The notes: a model not told the origin generated them from the sequence alone. A stretch of 64,000 nucleotides of DNA from an uncultured Gammaproteobacteria bacterium (GCA_964613815.1 CAZTKG010000002.1:23737-87736); one strand, 5' to 3'. Positions 10,001 to 18,107 are shown, counted from the first letter of the stretch. Translations and numbers: made by a program.

Positions 10001-10465
10001 TTAGCTGAGCCAGTGGAATATGAATAGGACGACGATGGCTTGGCCTAGGATGGCGTAACGGAGTTTGAAGTCTCCTGTGTGGTACGAAACCATGTTGTGG
10101 TAGTAGAAGTGGAGGTCGTGGAAACGTTTGAAAAGGCGTTTTTTGGAGAATTCGTAGACGCCGATCATGGCGTCTGGGAGGACGGATCCGACGATGGCTG
10201 CGAATAATGGAAGTGTTTCTACGTCGCCTTTTATGTTGAAGGCGGTGAGCATGACGACGACGGTGAAGAAGAAGTCTAGGGTTCCGTAGGTGATTGGAGC
10301 CTTCATGCTTTTGCGGGTTTTGAAGTCGTCTGCGAGTTTGCTGTCGCCGTGCGGGATCATGTCACAAACAAAATGCACGAGGAAGCCAAGGATGAAGCCG
10401 AGGATGGGGTTTCCGACGTGGAATCCGATAACGGTTCCGATGGCTGCATGGGTTGTGACGGTCAT
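10001..10465 (-). CDS. Membrane protein, probable metal-binding YdjM-like hydrolase
   Basis: THAAIG, HFVCDMIPHGD, LPD and HxxH motifs in a hydrophobic protein; TGc-TATACT 8 nt upstream of the ATG. Confidence 0.75.
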   Translation of the reverse strand: MTVTTHAAIGTVIGFHVGNPILGFILGFLVHFVCDMIPHGDSKLADDFKTRKSMKAPITYGTLDFFFTVVVMLTAFNIKGDVETLPLFAAIVGSVLPDAMIGVYEFSKKRLFKRFHDLHFYYHNMVSYHTGDFKLRYAILGQAIVVLFIFHWLS

Positions 10466-10572
10466 ATGGAGTTAGTATAGCATTCGTTATGAGGTATTTG
10501 GCTTTTGTTGGGGAAAAATGAAACCCGGCGCGTCTAGGGTGACGCGCCGGGCGATCCGCGGGGGAGGGGCGG

Positions 10573-11048
10573 CTATTCCATCAGGAATCGAGGCTCGCCA
10601 TCGACGAGGACGACTTTTCCCGGAGACTTTTGTCGAGGGCGTGGTGGGTTGAGGTCCACGGCAGCTGTGAGTCTTCGTTTTGGGTCGTCTTTGATGTTCG
10701 CGGCGAGCCGTGGGACACTGGGAGCCGATTCTGTGGTCGGCTTTGCCTTGTGAGGCGGTTGAATGTTCCCGTTGTTCCGATGAGTGCCCCGAGGATGATG
10801 GCCTCTTCGATGGGGATGACCCAGAGCGGCGGGAAGGCCGCATTCAGGGCGACGTAGAGGGGGATGAAACATGCAATTTCGATCGCGAGAACGATCAAGA
10901 AAATTGCCGTTGCGATCGGTGAGGAGTTGGCACGAATGTGCCAAGCTGCCTCGCTTATCTCCTCTGCGGCGCGATCCCATCCCGCGCGGGTGAGTGCCCA
11001 GGCGCTTTTTAGGAGCTTGAACCTTCCTGGGCGGAGTTTTGTTGTCAT
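10573..11048 (-). CDS. Orphan membrane protein, possibly frameshifted near 10750-10780
   Basis: AAGGAG SD and a consensus promoter precede the ATG at 11048; two TM segments; the distal part reads more plausibly in the 10573-ending frame. Confidence 0.5.
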
Positions 11049-11073
11049 GGATTTCTCCTTTGTATGACGTTGA

Positions 11074-11102
11074 AATATAGCATAAAAATGAGGTTTTGTC
11101 AA
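11074..11102 (-). promoter_or_regulatory. Sigma-70 promoter for the orphan gene starting at 11048
   Basis: Minus strand TTGACA-N17-TATATT with TG extension. Confidence 0.65.
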
Positions 11103-11151
11103 GTGAAAAATGGCTAAAGTTAACAAAATTTTACGAATATTGGGTATTTTT

Positions 11152-11197
11152 TCCTTGATACAAAAGTGGTCCGTACGGACCACTTTTGTATCAAGGA
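11152..11197. repeat. Perfect 46-bp palindrome, copy 1
   Basis: TCCTTGATACAAAAGTGGTCCGT|ACGGACCACTTTTGTATCAAGGA, no spacer. Confidence 0.95.
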
Positions 11198-11275
11198 GAA
11201 GGTTGTTTGAAATGATGTTTTTTGTGGCCTACGGTTGGTTTTATAACAAAAACACATCGTTACACGATGCGCTTT

Positions 11276-11352
11276 TGGTGGCTGGAGTGGGGCTCGAACC
11301 CACGACCTAAGGCTTATGAGTCCTTCGCTCTAACCAACTGAGCTACCCAGCC
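11276..11352 (-). tRNA. tRNA with CAT anticodon (elongator Met; Ile2 not excluded)
   Basis: GGCTGGGTAGCTCAGTTGGTTAGAGCGAAGGACTCATAAGCCTTAGGTCGTGGGTTCGAGCCCCACTCCAGCCACCA; cloverleaf with encoded CCA. Confidence 0.9.
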
Positions 11353-11467
11353 AGGTTTGATTTCTGCTCGATCGTATCAGTATTTTTGTGTGTCGACAAG
11401 ATGTCTAGGTTGTTGCCCGTTCTTTGCTCTATAGGATCGAGCTACGAAGGGCACTCCTCTTCGAGGA

Positions 11468-11609
11468 GTGGTGGCCAGAGAGGGGAGTGTTTGCTGCGCA
11501 AACGGAGTATCTGCGTCGTTCGGGTGTATTCAAGCGAGCTTGAATACACCGCTCTCTATCCTCGATACAGCGAACCCGGGTGAGGGTTCTCACCCCTCTC
11601 TGGCCATCA
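11468..11609. repeat. tRNA-Leu 3'-end-derived structured element (direct copy, internal hairpin, inverted copy)
   Basis: 11468-11486 is identical to 11625-11643; 11581-11609 is the reverse complement of 11626-11654 with 4 mismatches in 29; internal stem GGTGTATTCAAGC/GCTTGAATACACC. Confidence 0.8.
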
Positions 11610-11625
11610 AATAAAAACATTCTTG

Positions 11626-11712
11626 TGGTGGCCAGAGAGGGGATCGAACCCTCACGGTATTGCTACCACGGGATTTTGAGTCCCGCGCGTCTACCAGTTC
11701 CGCCATCTGGCC
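11626..11712 (-). tRNA. tRNA-Leu(CAA)
   Basis: GGCCAGATGGCGGAACTGGTAGACGCGCGGGACTCAAAATCCCGTGGTAGCAATACCGTGAGGGTTCGATCCCCTCTCTGGCCACCA; long variable arm; upstream TTGACA-N17-TACACT. Confidence 0.95.
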
Positions 11713-11767
11713 GTGCGCAGAGTGTATGAAAAAATGGTCGGTTTGTCAATGGATATTTGTTACTCTG

Positions 11768-11811
11768 CTTGATACAAAAGTGGTCCGTACGGACCACTTT
11801 TGTATCAAGGA
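11768..11811. repeat. Palindrome copy 2 (42-bp perfect palindrome; 44 bp identical to copy 1)
   Basis: CTTGATACAAAAGTGGTCCGTACGGACCACTTTTGTATCAAGGA matches 11154-11197. Confidence 0.95.
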
Positions 11812-11877
11812 GGCGGGGGGAAGGTTTTGTGAGGGGTGATGGCTGCTGGTTGGGAATTTATGATAAGATCTTGGCAT

Positions 11878-13020
11878 ATGGATTACAATCAATTGGCTTT
11901 GGAAAAGCATGCAGAATTAAAGGGAAAGATTGGGCTTGAAGTGAAAAGTTCTTTGGCGACTCGAGAGGATCTTTCTTGGGCTTATACGCCTGGAGTTGCA
12001 GAGCCTTGTCGGCGGATTGCGGAGAATAAAGAGGATGTTTGGAAGTATACGGCTCGCGGGAATTGGGTGGCGGTTGTGAGTGATGGGTCAGCGGTGCTTG
12101 GACTTGGGGATATTGGGCCTGAGGCTGCGCTTCCTGTTATGGAAGGGAAGGCTGCACTTTTTAAAGAATTTGGAGGGGTTGATGCGTTTCCGTTGGTTTT
12201 GGATACGCAGGATGTTGATGAAATCGTCGCTATTGTGAAGGCGATGGCGCCTAGTTTTGGGGGGATAAATTTGGAAGATATTTCTGCGCCTCGGTGTTTT
12301 GAAATTGAGAAGCGATTGACGGAAGAGTTGGATATTCCGGTGTTTCATGATGATCAGCATGGGACGGCGGTAGTAACGCTTGCGGCGGTTTTGAATGCGC
12401 TTAAGGTTGTGGGGAAGAAGATTGAAGATGTGACTGTGGCGATGAGTGGGGCTGGGGCAGCTGGGATTGCTTGTGCGAAGATTTTGATTGATCAGGGGGT
12501 TGGGAATGTGATTATGGCTGATAGTCGTGGGATTTTGAGTTCTGATCGGGACAATTTGAATGATGCGAAGAAGGCGATGCTTGCGGTGACGAATCGGAAT
12601 GATCTATCTGGGAGTTTGACTGATGCGATGAGAGGAGTTGATGTGTTCATTGGGGTGAGTGCGCCTGGAGTGGTGAATACAGAAATGGTTCAGTCGATGA
12701 ATGAGGGGGCGGTGGTGATCGCGATGGCGAATCCTGTGCCGGAAATTATGCCAGATGAGGCGAAAGCTGGTGGGGCTGTGGTGGTTGCGACTGGGCGGAG
12801 TGATTTCGCGAATCAGGTGAACAATGTTTTGGCGTTTCCTGGGATTTTTCGAGGGGCGCTTGATGTGCGGGCTAAGGCGATTACGAGTGAGATGAAGCTT
12901 GCGGCGGCGAAGGCACTTGCGGATAGTGTTGAGGTGCCGACTGCGGAGAATATTATGCCGGATGTGCTTGATAAGCGTGTGAGTGAGCGGGTCGCGGAAG
13001 CGGTTCGTGAAGTAGCTTGA
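11878..13020 (+). CDS. NAD(P)-dependent malic enzyme (short form, no PTA domain)
   Basis: AYTPGVAEPC, SDGSAVLGLGDIG, PVMEGKA, INLEDI, FHDDQHGTA, GAGAAG, ATGRSD..NQVNNVLAFPGIFRGAL. Confidence 0.95.
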   Translation: MDYNQLALEKHAELKGKIGLEVKSSLATREDLSWAYTPGVAEPCRRIAENKEDVWKYTARGNWVAVVSDGSAVLGLGDIGPEAALPVMEGKAALFKEFGGVDAFPLVLDTQDVDEIVAIVKAMAPSFGGINLEDISAPRCFEIEKRLTEELDIPVFHDDQHGTAVVTLAAVLNALKVVGKKIEDVTVAMSGAGAAGIACAKILIDQGVGNVIMADSRGILSSDRDNLNDAKKAMLAVTNRNDLSGSLTDAMRGVDVFIGVSAPGVVNTEMVQSMNEGAVVIAMANPVPEIMPDEAKAGGAVVVATGRSDFANQVNNVLAFPGIFRGALDVRAKAITSEMKLAAAKALADSVEVPTAENIMPDVLDKRVSERVAEAVREVA

Positions 13021-13025
13021 ATTTG

Positions 13026-13054
13026 TTGACAAAAATGGGGTGAAAATGTATATT
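13026..13054 (+). promoter_or_regulatory. Sigma-70 promoter of tRNA-fMet
   Basis: TTGACA-N17-TATATT, with only 5 nt between it and the first tRNA base. Confidence 0.75.
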
Positions 13055-13093
13055 GCGCCTGCGGGGTAGAGCAGTCTGGTAGCTCGTTGGGCT

Positions 13094-13733
13094 CGACCCG
13101 AAATTAGTTTGAACTTTTCATGACAAAGTTAAAAGGTGATATTGCGGAGCAAGCGGCGATCCTTCATGCTTTGAAACGAGGTTGGGAAGTGTTGATTCCA
13201 AACGGTGATCGACTTTCGTATGATCTTGTTTTCGATGTTCATGGTTCGCTTGTCAAAATTCAGGTCAAGTCTTCTTGGTTTGACCAGAACCGGAAAAATC
13301 ATGTTGTTGATTCTCGTAGAACTAAGACGAATCGTCGTATTATGAAGCGGGAATTGTATCAATTTGGTGATTTCGATTTTGCTCTCGTATATGTCGATTC
13401 TCTCGATATTTTTTATGTATTTCCTTTTGAAGAATTTGTCAGCTACAAAAGCGAGATTCACTTGGTAGAATCTGATAAACGTCAGAGAAAGCCGCGTTCT
13501 GCAGCGTTTCGTGATTCTTGGAACTTAATTTCATTATGGGCTGCGTAGTGCGAAAGCGTTACGTGACTCCTGTCAAATTCGGGGAAGCCTTTTGCAATGG
13601 TAATCCCGAGCCAAGCCCGCAAGGGAAGGTGTAGAGACTTGATGGCAGGCACCCTAACGTTTAGTCGAGGGTGAAGGTAAAGTCCAGACCACAAATTCAC
13701 ATTTGTGAAGCAGTTAAAGCTGTAGTTGGTATG
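13094..13733 (+). mobile_element. Group I intron (about 640 nt) in the tRNA-fMet anticodon loop
   Basis: Inserted after U33 and ends in G; core elements P (AAATTCGGGGAA), Q (AATCCCGAGC), R (GTAGAGACTTG) and S (AAGGTAAAGTCC) lie at about 13575-13686. Confidence 0.9.
13120..13548 (+). CDS. Intron-encoded PD-(D/E)XK homing endonuclease, I-Ssp6803I-like
   Basis: KGDIAEQAA, GDRLSYDLVFD, KIQVKSSW, RRTKTNRR, DFDFA and SEIHLVESDKRQRKPRS match my recollection of I-Ssp6803I. Confidence 0.9.
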   Translation: MTKLKGDIAEQAAILHALKRGWEVLIPNGDRLSYDLVFDVHGSLVKIQVKSSWFDQNRKNHVVDSRRTKTNRRIMKRELYQFGDFDFALVYVDSLDIFYVFPFEEFVSYKSEIHLVESDKRQRKPRSAAFRDSWNLISLWAA

Positions 13734-13834
13734 CATAACCCAAAGGTCACTGGTTCAAATCCAGTCCCCGCAACCAAAAGATCTTCTGCATGGCAGGGGA
13801 TTTTTTGTTTAAAAAAATAAGCCCGAGAATGGGC

Positions 13835-14431
13835 TTAGCGTGGCATGAGGGTGCTGGCGATGATTGTGGCCGCGTGACCTCCGATGTGGAGGGTTTTTGG
13901 TCTTGCCTTTCGTGGGAGGCGGGAATGTTCGATGGAAGTGATGGTGGTTTCGGCTTCGTCTGCGAGTGATTCGTGGAGGCGTGTGCGTAGGATGCGTTTT
14001 GCCTCTTTACGTGTGTAGCAGATGTAGACGACGGGATGGCCATCTGGGGTGAGGAAGGCGATGGTGAAGATTGCGGGAGGCTGTTGGCTTTCGGGGTTGA
14101 TGGTTACATCTGCGTAGAGGATGCATGGGGAGGTTCTTGGAAGGGGGCGCTGGATGGCCGTTCCTTCAATCATTGAGGCGAGCCAGAAGGCGGTGAAGCC
14201 TTGGATGTTGAGTTTGGTGGATGAGGCGTTTTCCGGGAGGCTTGAGTTGTCTACTTGGTTGAGACACTGTTTGATTCTTTTGGAATCGACGTGCCTTTCG
14301 ATGAAGTCTCGTGTTTGTCGTTTTGAATGACAGACGGTGATGCAGGGGGTTCTTCCGATGGCGCCGATGATGAGGACGTTGGGGGTTGTGGGGGACGGTG
14401 CTGTTGGGAGGGAGATGTAGGAGATTCTCAC
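13835..14431 (-). CDS. Orphan hypothetical protein (198 aa)
   Basis: GTG start after AAAGGA; TTGACA-containing promoter upstream; hint of internal duplication (CITVCHSKRQTRDFI / VVYICYTRKEAKRIL). Confidence 0.6.
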   Translation of the reverse strand: MRISYISLPTAPSPTTPNVLIIGAIGRTPCITVCHSKRQTRDFIERHVDSKRIKQCLNQVDNSSLPENASSTKLNIQGFTAFWLASMIEGTAIQRPLPRTSPCILYADVTINPESQQPPAIFTIAFLTPDGHPVVYICYTRKEAKRILRTRLHESLADEAETTITSIEHSRLPRKARPKTLHIGGHAATIIASTLMPR

Positions 14432-14927
14432 GATTGTCCTTTTGTGAATGAGCGAAGGGGTTATATTGTGTTATTTTTTTGGTTTTGTCAACTTCTGAAC
14501 AGCAAAACGCGGCCTAGGTGGGCCGCGGAGAGGGGAGAGGGAGAGAGGTCAGGGTCATGCCGATGGCGATGATGGTGAGACCGATGAGGATGGCTCCGTC
14601 GGGGATAATGAGTCCGCCGGCGGAGGTGGTGTAGAGCATTGTTTTGAGCACTTTTGGACCTTGAGGGTTTGGGTTGTGGTTTGAGTTTAGCAGGAATTAT
14701 AGAAATGGGAAGACGGTCCTGTGGGGGTCGTCAGTTGGTGGGGGTGGGGAAGATGAGGAGGCTGATCGCTGGCGTTGCGATGAATGCCGCGATCAGGTCC
14801 AGAAGTAATTCTGGGGTGATGAGTTCTATGGTTGCTCCCGGGAGCTGTTCGAGGAGGCGAAGGGGCTCGTCTCGTCGATGGGCTGCCGAAGGGGCTGGGG
14901 TTGGACCAGGCCCTTCGGTGAGGTGAG

Positions 14928-15407
14928 CTAGAATGCTCTGTCCCTCGGGGGGATGTTTCCGAGGTAGAGCTGTGTGTTCCGGGGGGTGAGTCCGGGGTTT
15001 TTCGTGGCGAGTTCTGCGCGGTGGGAGCGCAGAGAATCAGTTTCGAAGAACTCGACGTCGGCACCGGGGTTGGTGGTTTCGATGTCGATCTTGATGATCT
15101 CGATGCTGGCATCGAGATCGATCAGGCTGGTGCCGGTGATGGTGTGATAGGTCACATCATCGCCGTCAGTAGCGATCACCTGCATGGCCAGGGGGTCCCA
15201 GCCAAGGGTGATGTTGAGAGAGGGGATGAAGGGGAACAAAGAACCTTCTTTTGGGCTCTTGAGGAAGCGAAGGGATTTCGCTGCCTCGTTGAGCCATCGA
15301 GTTATGGCTCGATGGGGAAGCGTTTGGGGATGAAGGGGAGGTAGATCAGCGCGGTCCAGAGCACGAGGTCGATTGGTGATACCGAGGAGTTCGAGAAGGA
15401 TGTTCAT
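14928..15407 (-). CDS. Orphan hypothetical protein (159 aa), possibly truncated by a premature TAG
   Basis: GAGG SD, C-ending codon bias typical of minus-strand genes here; coding-like sequence continues past the stop toward about 14730. Confidence 0.55.
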   Translation of the reverse strand: MNILLELLGITNRPRALDRADLPPLHPQTLPHRAITRWLNEAAKSLRFLKSPKEGSLFPFIPSLNITLGWDPLAMQVIATDGDDVTYHTITGTSLIDLDASIEIIKIDIETTNPGADVEFFETDSLRSHRAELATKNPGLTPRNTQLYLGNIPPRDRAF

Positions 15408-15462
15408 GTGAGCCTCTGAAAAGGCGAGGGGGTGAATCGTCTGTTCAGTAGGCTGCCGGAAG

Positions 15463-15684
15463 CTAGGTGTTCCGGCGTTTGAGTTTGGCGATGGTTTCCT
15501 GGAGGTTGACGATGAGGGTTTGAGTTCCCCATGTGGTCTCGATCCAGGCTAGGAGTTTGATTATTCCTTTGGAGGGGTGGTGTGGGTGGAAGGTTTCTGC
15601 GGCGAAGTCGATGACCTCGCCGTTTCGGATGATGTTGGCGGTGACGGTGTTGGGGTCAGGTGCGGCGATGGTGGCGAAGAGCAT
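15463..15684 (-). CDS. Small orphan protein (73 aa)
   Basis: GGAG SD upstream; C-ending codon bias. Confidence 0.5.
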   Translation of the reverse strand: MLFATIAAPDPNTVTANIIRNGEVIDFAAETFHPHHPSKGIIKLLAWIETTWGTQTLIVNLQETIAKLKRRNT

Positions 15685-15772
15685 TTTGTTTTCTCCGAAG
15701 GGTTCAGCGGATGAGGAGCTAAGCGGTGCATTTTGCTTTGCTGTCTCAATGGGCTGCCGGAGCGTGACGAGG

Positions 15773-16033
15773 TCACGGTCCGGCGAGTCTCAGGCCGTTG
15801 CCTGGGAGAGGAAGGCGTGGATTTCCTTTCTTTCGTTGAGTTTGAGGTGTGGGAGGGGGTAGTAGTGTCCCCAGCCTTCGAATTCGATGAGCATGGCGGT
15901 GAAGAACGCGAAAGGGGGCGATCGGGGCGACGACGAGAGCGATGCCGGCAGCACCGAGAAGGGCGCCGGTTAGGGCGATTGCCATCAGGGATGAGGCGAA
16001 GAGGGCGAGGAGGGCGATGGCGATGGTGGTCAT
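15773..16033 (-). pseudogene. Small membrane protein gene with an apparent frameshift in a C5 run near 15915
   Basis: Hydrophobic N-terminus; removing one base at CCCCCTTT gives ...AFFTAMLIEFEGWGHYYPLPHLKLNERKEIHAFLSQATA* with consistent codon bias. Confidence 0.45.
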
Positions 16034-16096
16034 GCGATATTCCGGTTCTGATGTGAGGGGGCTTGATCAAGATGTTTCTCATCTTTTCACGTCTAT

Positions 16097-16125
16097 ATAA
16101 TAGCACATTTTTGTGTTTTTGTCAA
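16097..16125 (-). promoter_or_regulatory. Sigma-70 promoter of the minus-strand orphan cluster
   Basis: Minus strand TTGACA-N17-TATTAT with TG extension. Confidence 0.65.
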
Positions 16126-16233
16126 GGTGTTTTGGACAGTATTTATGTGTGTAAAATGGCTAATTTTGGCGTAGTTTTGGTTGTTTTTGTGGTTTTTTGT
16201 TAGGGTATTTTTGTGTGGAATTTGCGGAGGGGA

Positions 16234-16386
16234 GGATCTCTCCGCAAGGTCGAGATGGGGGGAGGGGTGATTTTGATTTCGAATGGATCCTTCGTTCCTC
16301 AGGATGATGTGGGGGAGGGGGGTCCCTGCCTGTGGCAGATCTGGCTTTGCCAGATTTCGACTCCGCGTTGCTTCGCTCAGGATGAC
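16234..16386. repeat. Three degenerate REP-like hairpin units
   Basis: GGATCTCTCCGCAAGGTCGAGATG, GGATCCTTCGTTCCTCAGGATGAT and AGATTTCGAC...CTTCGCTCAGGATGAC, separated by G-rich spacers. Confidence 0.55.
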
Positions 16387-16466
16387 ATGGAAAGAGAGGG
16401 GGGATTTTGAAGGTGTTCACATGTTTTTTGGTTGGGAGGTTTGAGCTTGATATACTAGAGATCCAT

Positions 16467-17243
16467 ATGGCACATATTGTTTCTGTTGTGAATCAAAAGG
16501 GTGGAGTTGGAAAATCGACCACGTCGGTTAACTTGGCCTCTTTTTTGGCTCATTTGGGGAAGTATGTGCTTCTCGTGGATTTGGATCCTCAGGGAAATGC
16601 TTCTAGTGGGCTTGGGCATGATATTTCGGATACGCTTGGGACGTATCATGCGATAACGCAGGCGCATCCGGTCGATAAATTGATTGTTCGGACGAATCAG
16701 GATGGATTGATGCTTTTGCCAACAGGGCCGGATCTTGCGGGGGCTAGTGTGGAGCTTGTGAGTCAGTTCAATCGGGAGAAGAAGCTTTATGATGCGTTGA
16801 TGGGGATTCGGAATGATTATGATTATGTGCTTATTGATAATCCTCCCAGCTTAGGAATGTTGACGATTAATGGGATGGTTGCGGCGGATAGTGTGCTTAT
16901 TCCTGTGCAGGCGGAGTATTATGCGCTTGAGGGGCTTGGGCAGCTCATGCATACGATTGGGATGATTCGTTCTAGTGTGAAGCCGGATTTGCAAATTTTG
17001 GGTGCGGTGATTACGATGTTTGATAGTAGAACGAAACTTTCGAATCAGGTTTTGGAGGAGTTGTACCAGCATTTTCCAGAGAAGATTTTCCGTAGTGTGA
17101 TTCCTCGGAGTGTACGACTTGCGGAGGCTCCTAGTTTCGGGCAGTCGATTTTGCATTATGACTCTTCGAGTAAGGGGTGTAAGGCGTATGAGCGACTAGC
17201 GCGTGAATTTTTGATTCGTGAAGGACAGCTTTCAATTTCTTAA
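16467..17243 (+). CDS. parA: Chromosome partitioning ATPase ParA/Soj
   Basis: NQKGGVGKSTT deviant Walker A, DLDPQGNAS, IDNPPSLG, PVQAEYYALEG, IPRSVRLAEAPSFG. Confidence 0.96.
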   Translation: MAHIVSVVNQKGGVGKSTTSVNLASFLAHLGKYVLLVDLDPQGNASSGLGHDISDTLGTYHAITQAHPVDKLIVRTNQDGLMLLPTGPDLAGASVELVSQFNREKKLYDALMGIRNDYDYVLIDNPPSLGMLTINGMVAADSVLIPVQAEYYALEGLGQLMHTIGMIRSSVKPDLQILGAVITMFDSRTKLSNQVLEELYQHFPEKIFRSVIPRSVRLAEAPSFGQSILHYDSSSKGCKAYERLAREFLIREGQLSIS

Positions 17244-17251
17244 ACTATTGT

Positions 17252-18106
17252 ATGGCAAAGGTTCAAGGTGGGCTCGGAAGGGGGCTGTCGGCACTTATTC
17301 CGCAGACAATTACGGAAACTCCAGAGGCTCAAGTGATGGAGGCGATGGTTGGGGTTTTGCGGGAGGTTGCTCCTGCTTCGATTGTTCCCAATCCGCAACA
17401 GCCACGGAAGTATTTTTCTGCTGAAGAATTGCAGGAGCTTGTTGCATCTATTAAGCTGCATGGAATTTTGCAGCCTTTGGTGGTTACGGAGGTTGATGGG
17501 GGGAATTATGAATTGATTGCTGGTGAGCGGCGGCTTCGAGCGAGTCAGGCTGCGGGGCTTTCTGTTGTGCCGGTGATTGTGCGAAGCGCGAATGCACAGG
17601 AGAAGTTGGAGCTTGCGCTTGTAGAGAATGTGCAGCGACATGATTTGAATGCGATTGAAGAAGCGTATGCGTATCAGGCTTTGATGGATCAGTTTTCTAT
17701 GACGCATTCACAGATTGCGGAGCGCGTGGGGAAGAGCCGGCCGGTGATTGCGAATACGATTCGGCTTTTGGGGCTTGATGAGTATATTTTGGAGGCAATT
17801 ATGGATGGGCGGATTTCGCGTACGCATGGACGTGCGCTTTTGACAGAGAGTGATCCGGCACGACGGAAGTCGATGTTTGAGCAGATTTTGCAAGGAGGGG
17901 TGCCGACACGAGAGATTGAGATTCGGGCGAACTCTCCTCGGAAGCGGGCGACAGATCCGAATGTGGCGGCGCTTGAGGCGGAATTGAGAGAAGTGTTTGG
18001 GACAAAGGTGCAGGTGCATCATAAGATGGGGAGGGGGAAGGTGACACTTCATTTTTATACGAAGGAGGATATGCGGGGGCTTTTGACGAGATTGAAAGGG
18101 TGTTAG
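17252..18106 (+). CDS. parB: Chromosome partitioning protein ParB/Spo0J
   Basis: GLGRGLSALI, NPQQPRK, GILQPL, IAGERRLRA, ENVQRHDLNAIEEA, HTH. Confidence 0.96.
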   Translation: MAKVQGGLGRGLSALIPQTITETPEAQVMEAMVGVLREVAPASIVPNPQQPRKYFSAEELQELVASIKLHGILQPLVVTEVDGGNYELIAGERRLRASQAAGLSVVPVIVRSANAQEKLELALVENVQRHDLNAIEEAYAYQALMDQFSMTHSQIAERVGKSRPVIANTIRLLGLDEYILEAIMDGRISRTHGRALLTESDPARRKSMFEQILQGGVPTREIEIRANSPRKRATDPNVAALEAELREVFGTKVQVHHKMGRGKVTLHFYTKEDMRGLLTRLKGC

Positions 18107-18107
18107 A

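Larger units (their letters stand above)
13060..13776 (+). tRNA. Initiator tRNA-fMet(CAT), split by an intron (exons 13060-13093 and 13734-13776)
   Basis: Joined exons give TGCGGGGTAGAGCAGTCTGGTAGCTCGTTGGGCT^CATAACCCAAAGGTCACTGGTTCAAATCCAGTCCCCGCAACCA, with three G-C pairs in the anticodon stem. Confidence 0.92.

Noticed and set aside
11430-11610. Structured region as RNase P RNA, SRP RNA, tmRNA or an additional tRNA
   Set aside because: I see none of the diagnostic motifs and no D or anticodon arm; the stems are explained by copies of the tRNA-Leu 3' end.
11152-11811. Possible CRISPR array from the repeated palindrome
   Set aside because: Only two copies about 600 bp apart, with tRNA genes between them, and no cas genes in the window.
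13747-14043. ORF ending WLRGLDLNQ, resembling a recombinase C-terminus
   Set aside because: That peptide is just the antisense translation of the tRNA-fMet 3' exon; the rest is a shadow of the 13835-14431 gene with no recombinase motifs.
14472-14639. 55-aa hydrophobic minus-strand ORF (MLYTTSAGGLIIPDGAILIG...)
   Set aside because: Plausible codon bias, but it is short, runs through a hairpin and the next promoter, and has no other support.
16467-18106. parS site or plasmid/prophage origin near parAB
   Set aside because: No TGTTTCACGTGAAACA-like site found by eye; ParA and ParB are chromosomal Soj/Spo0J type.
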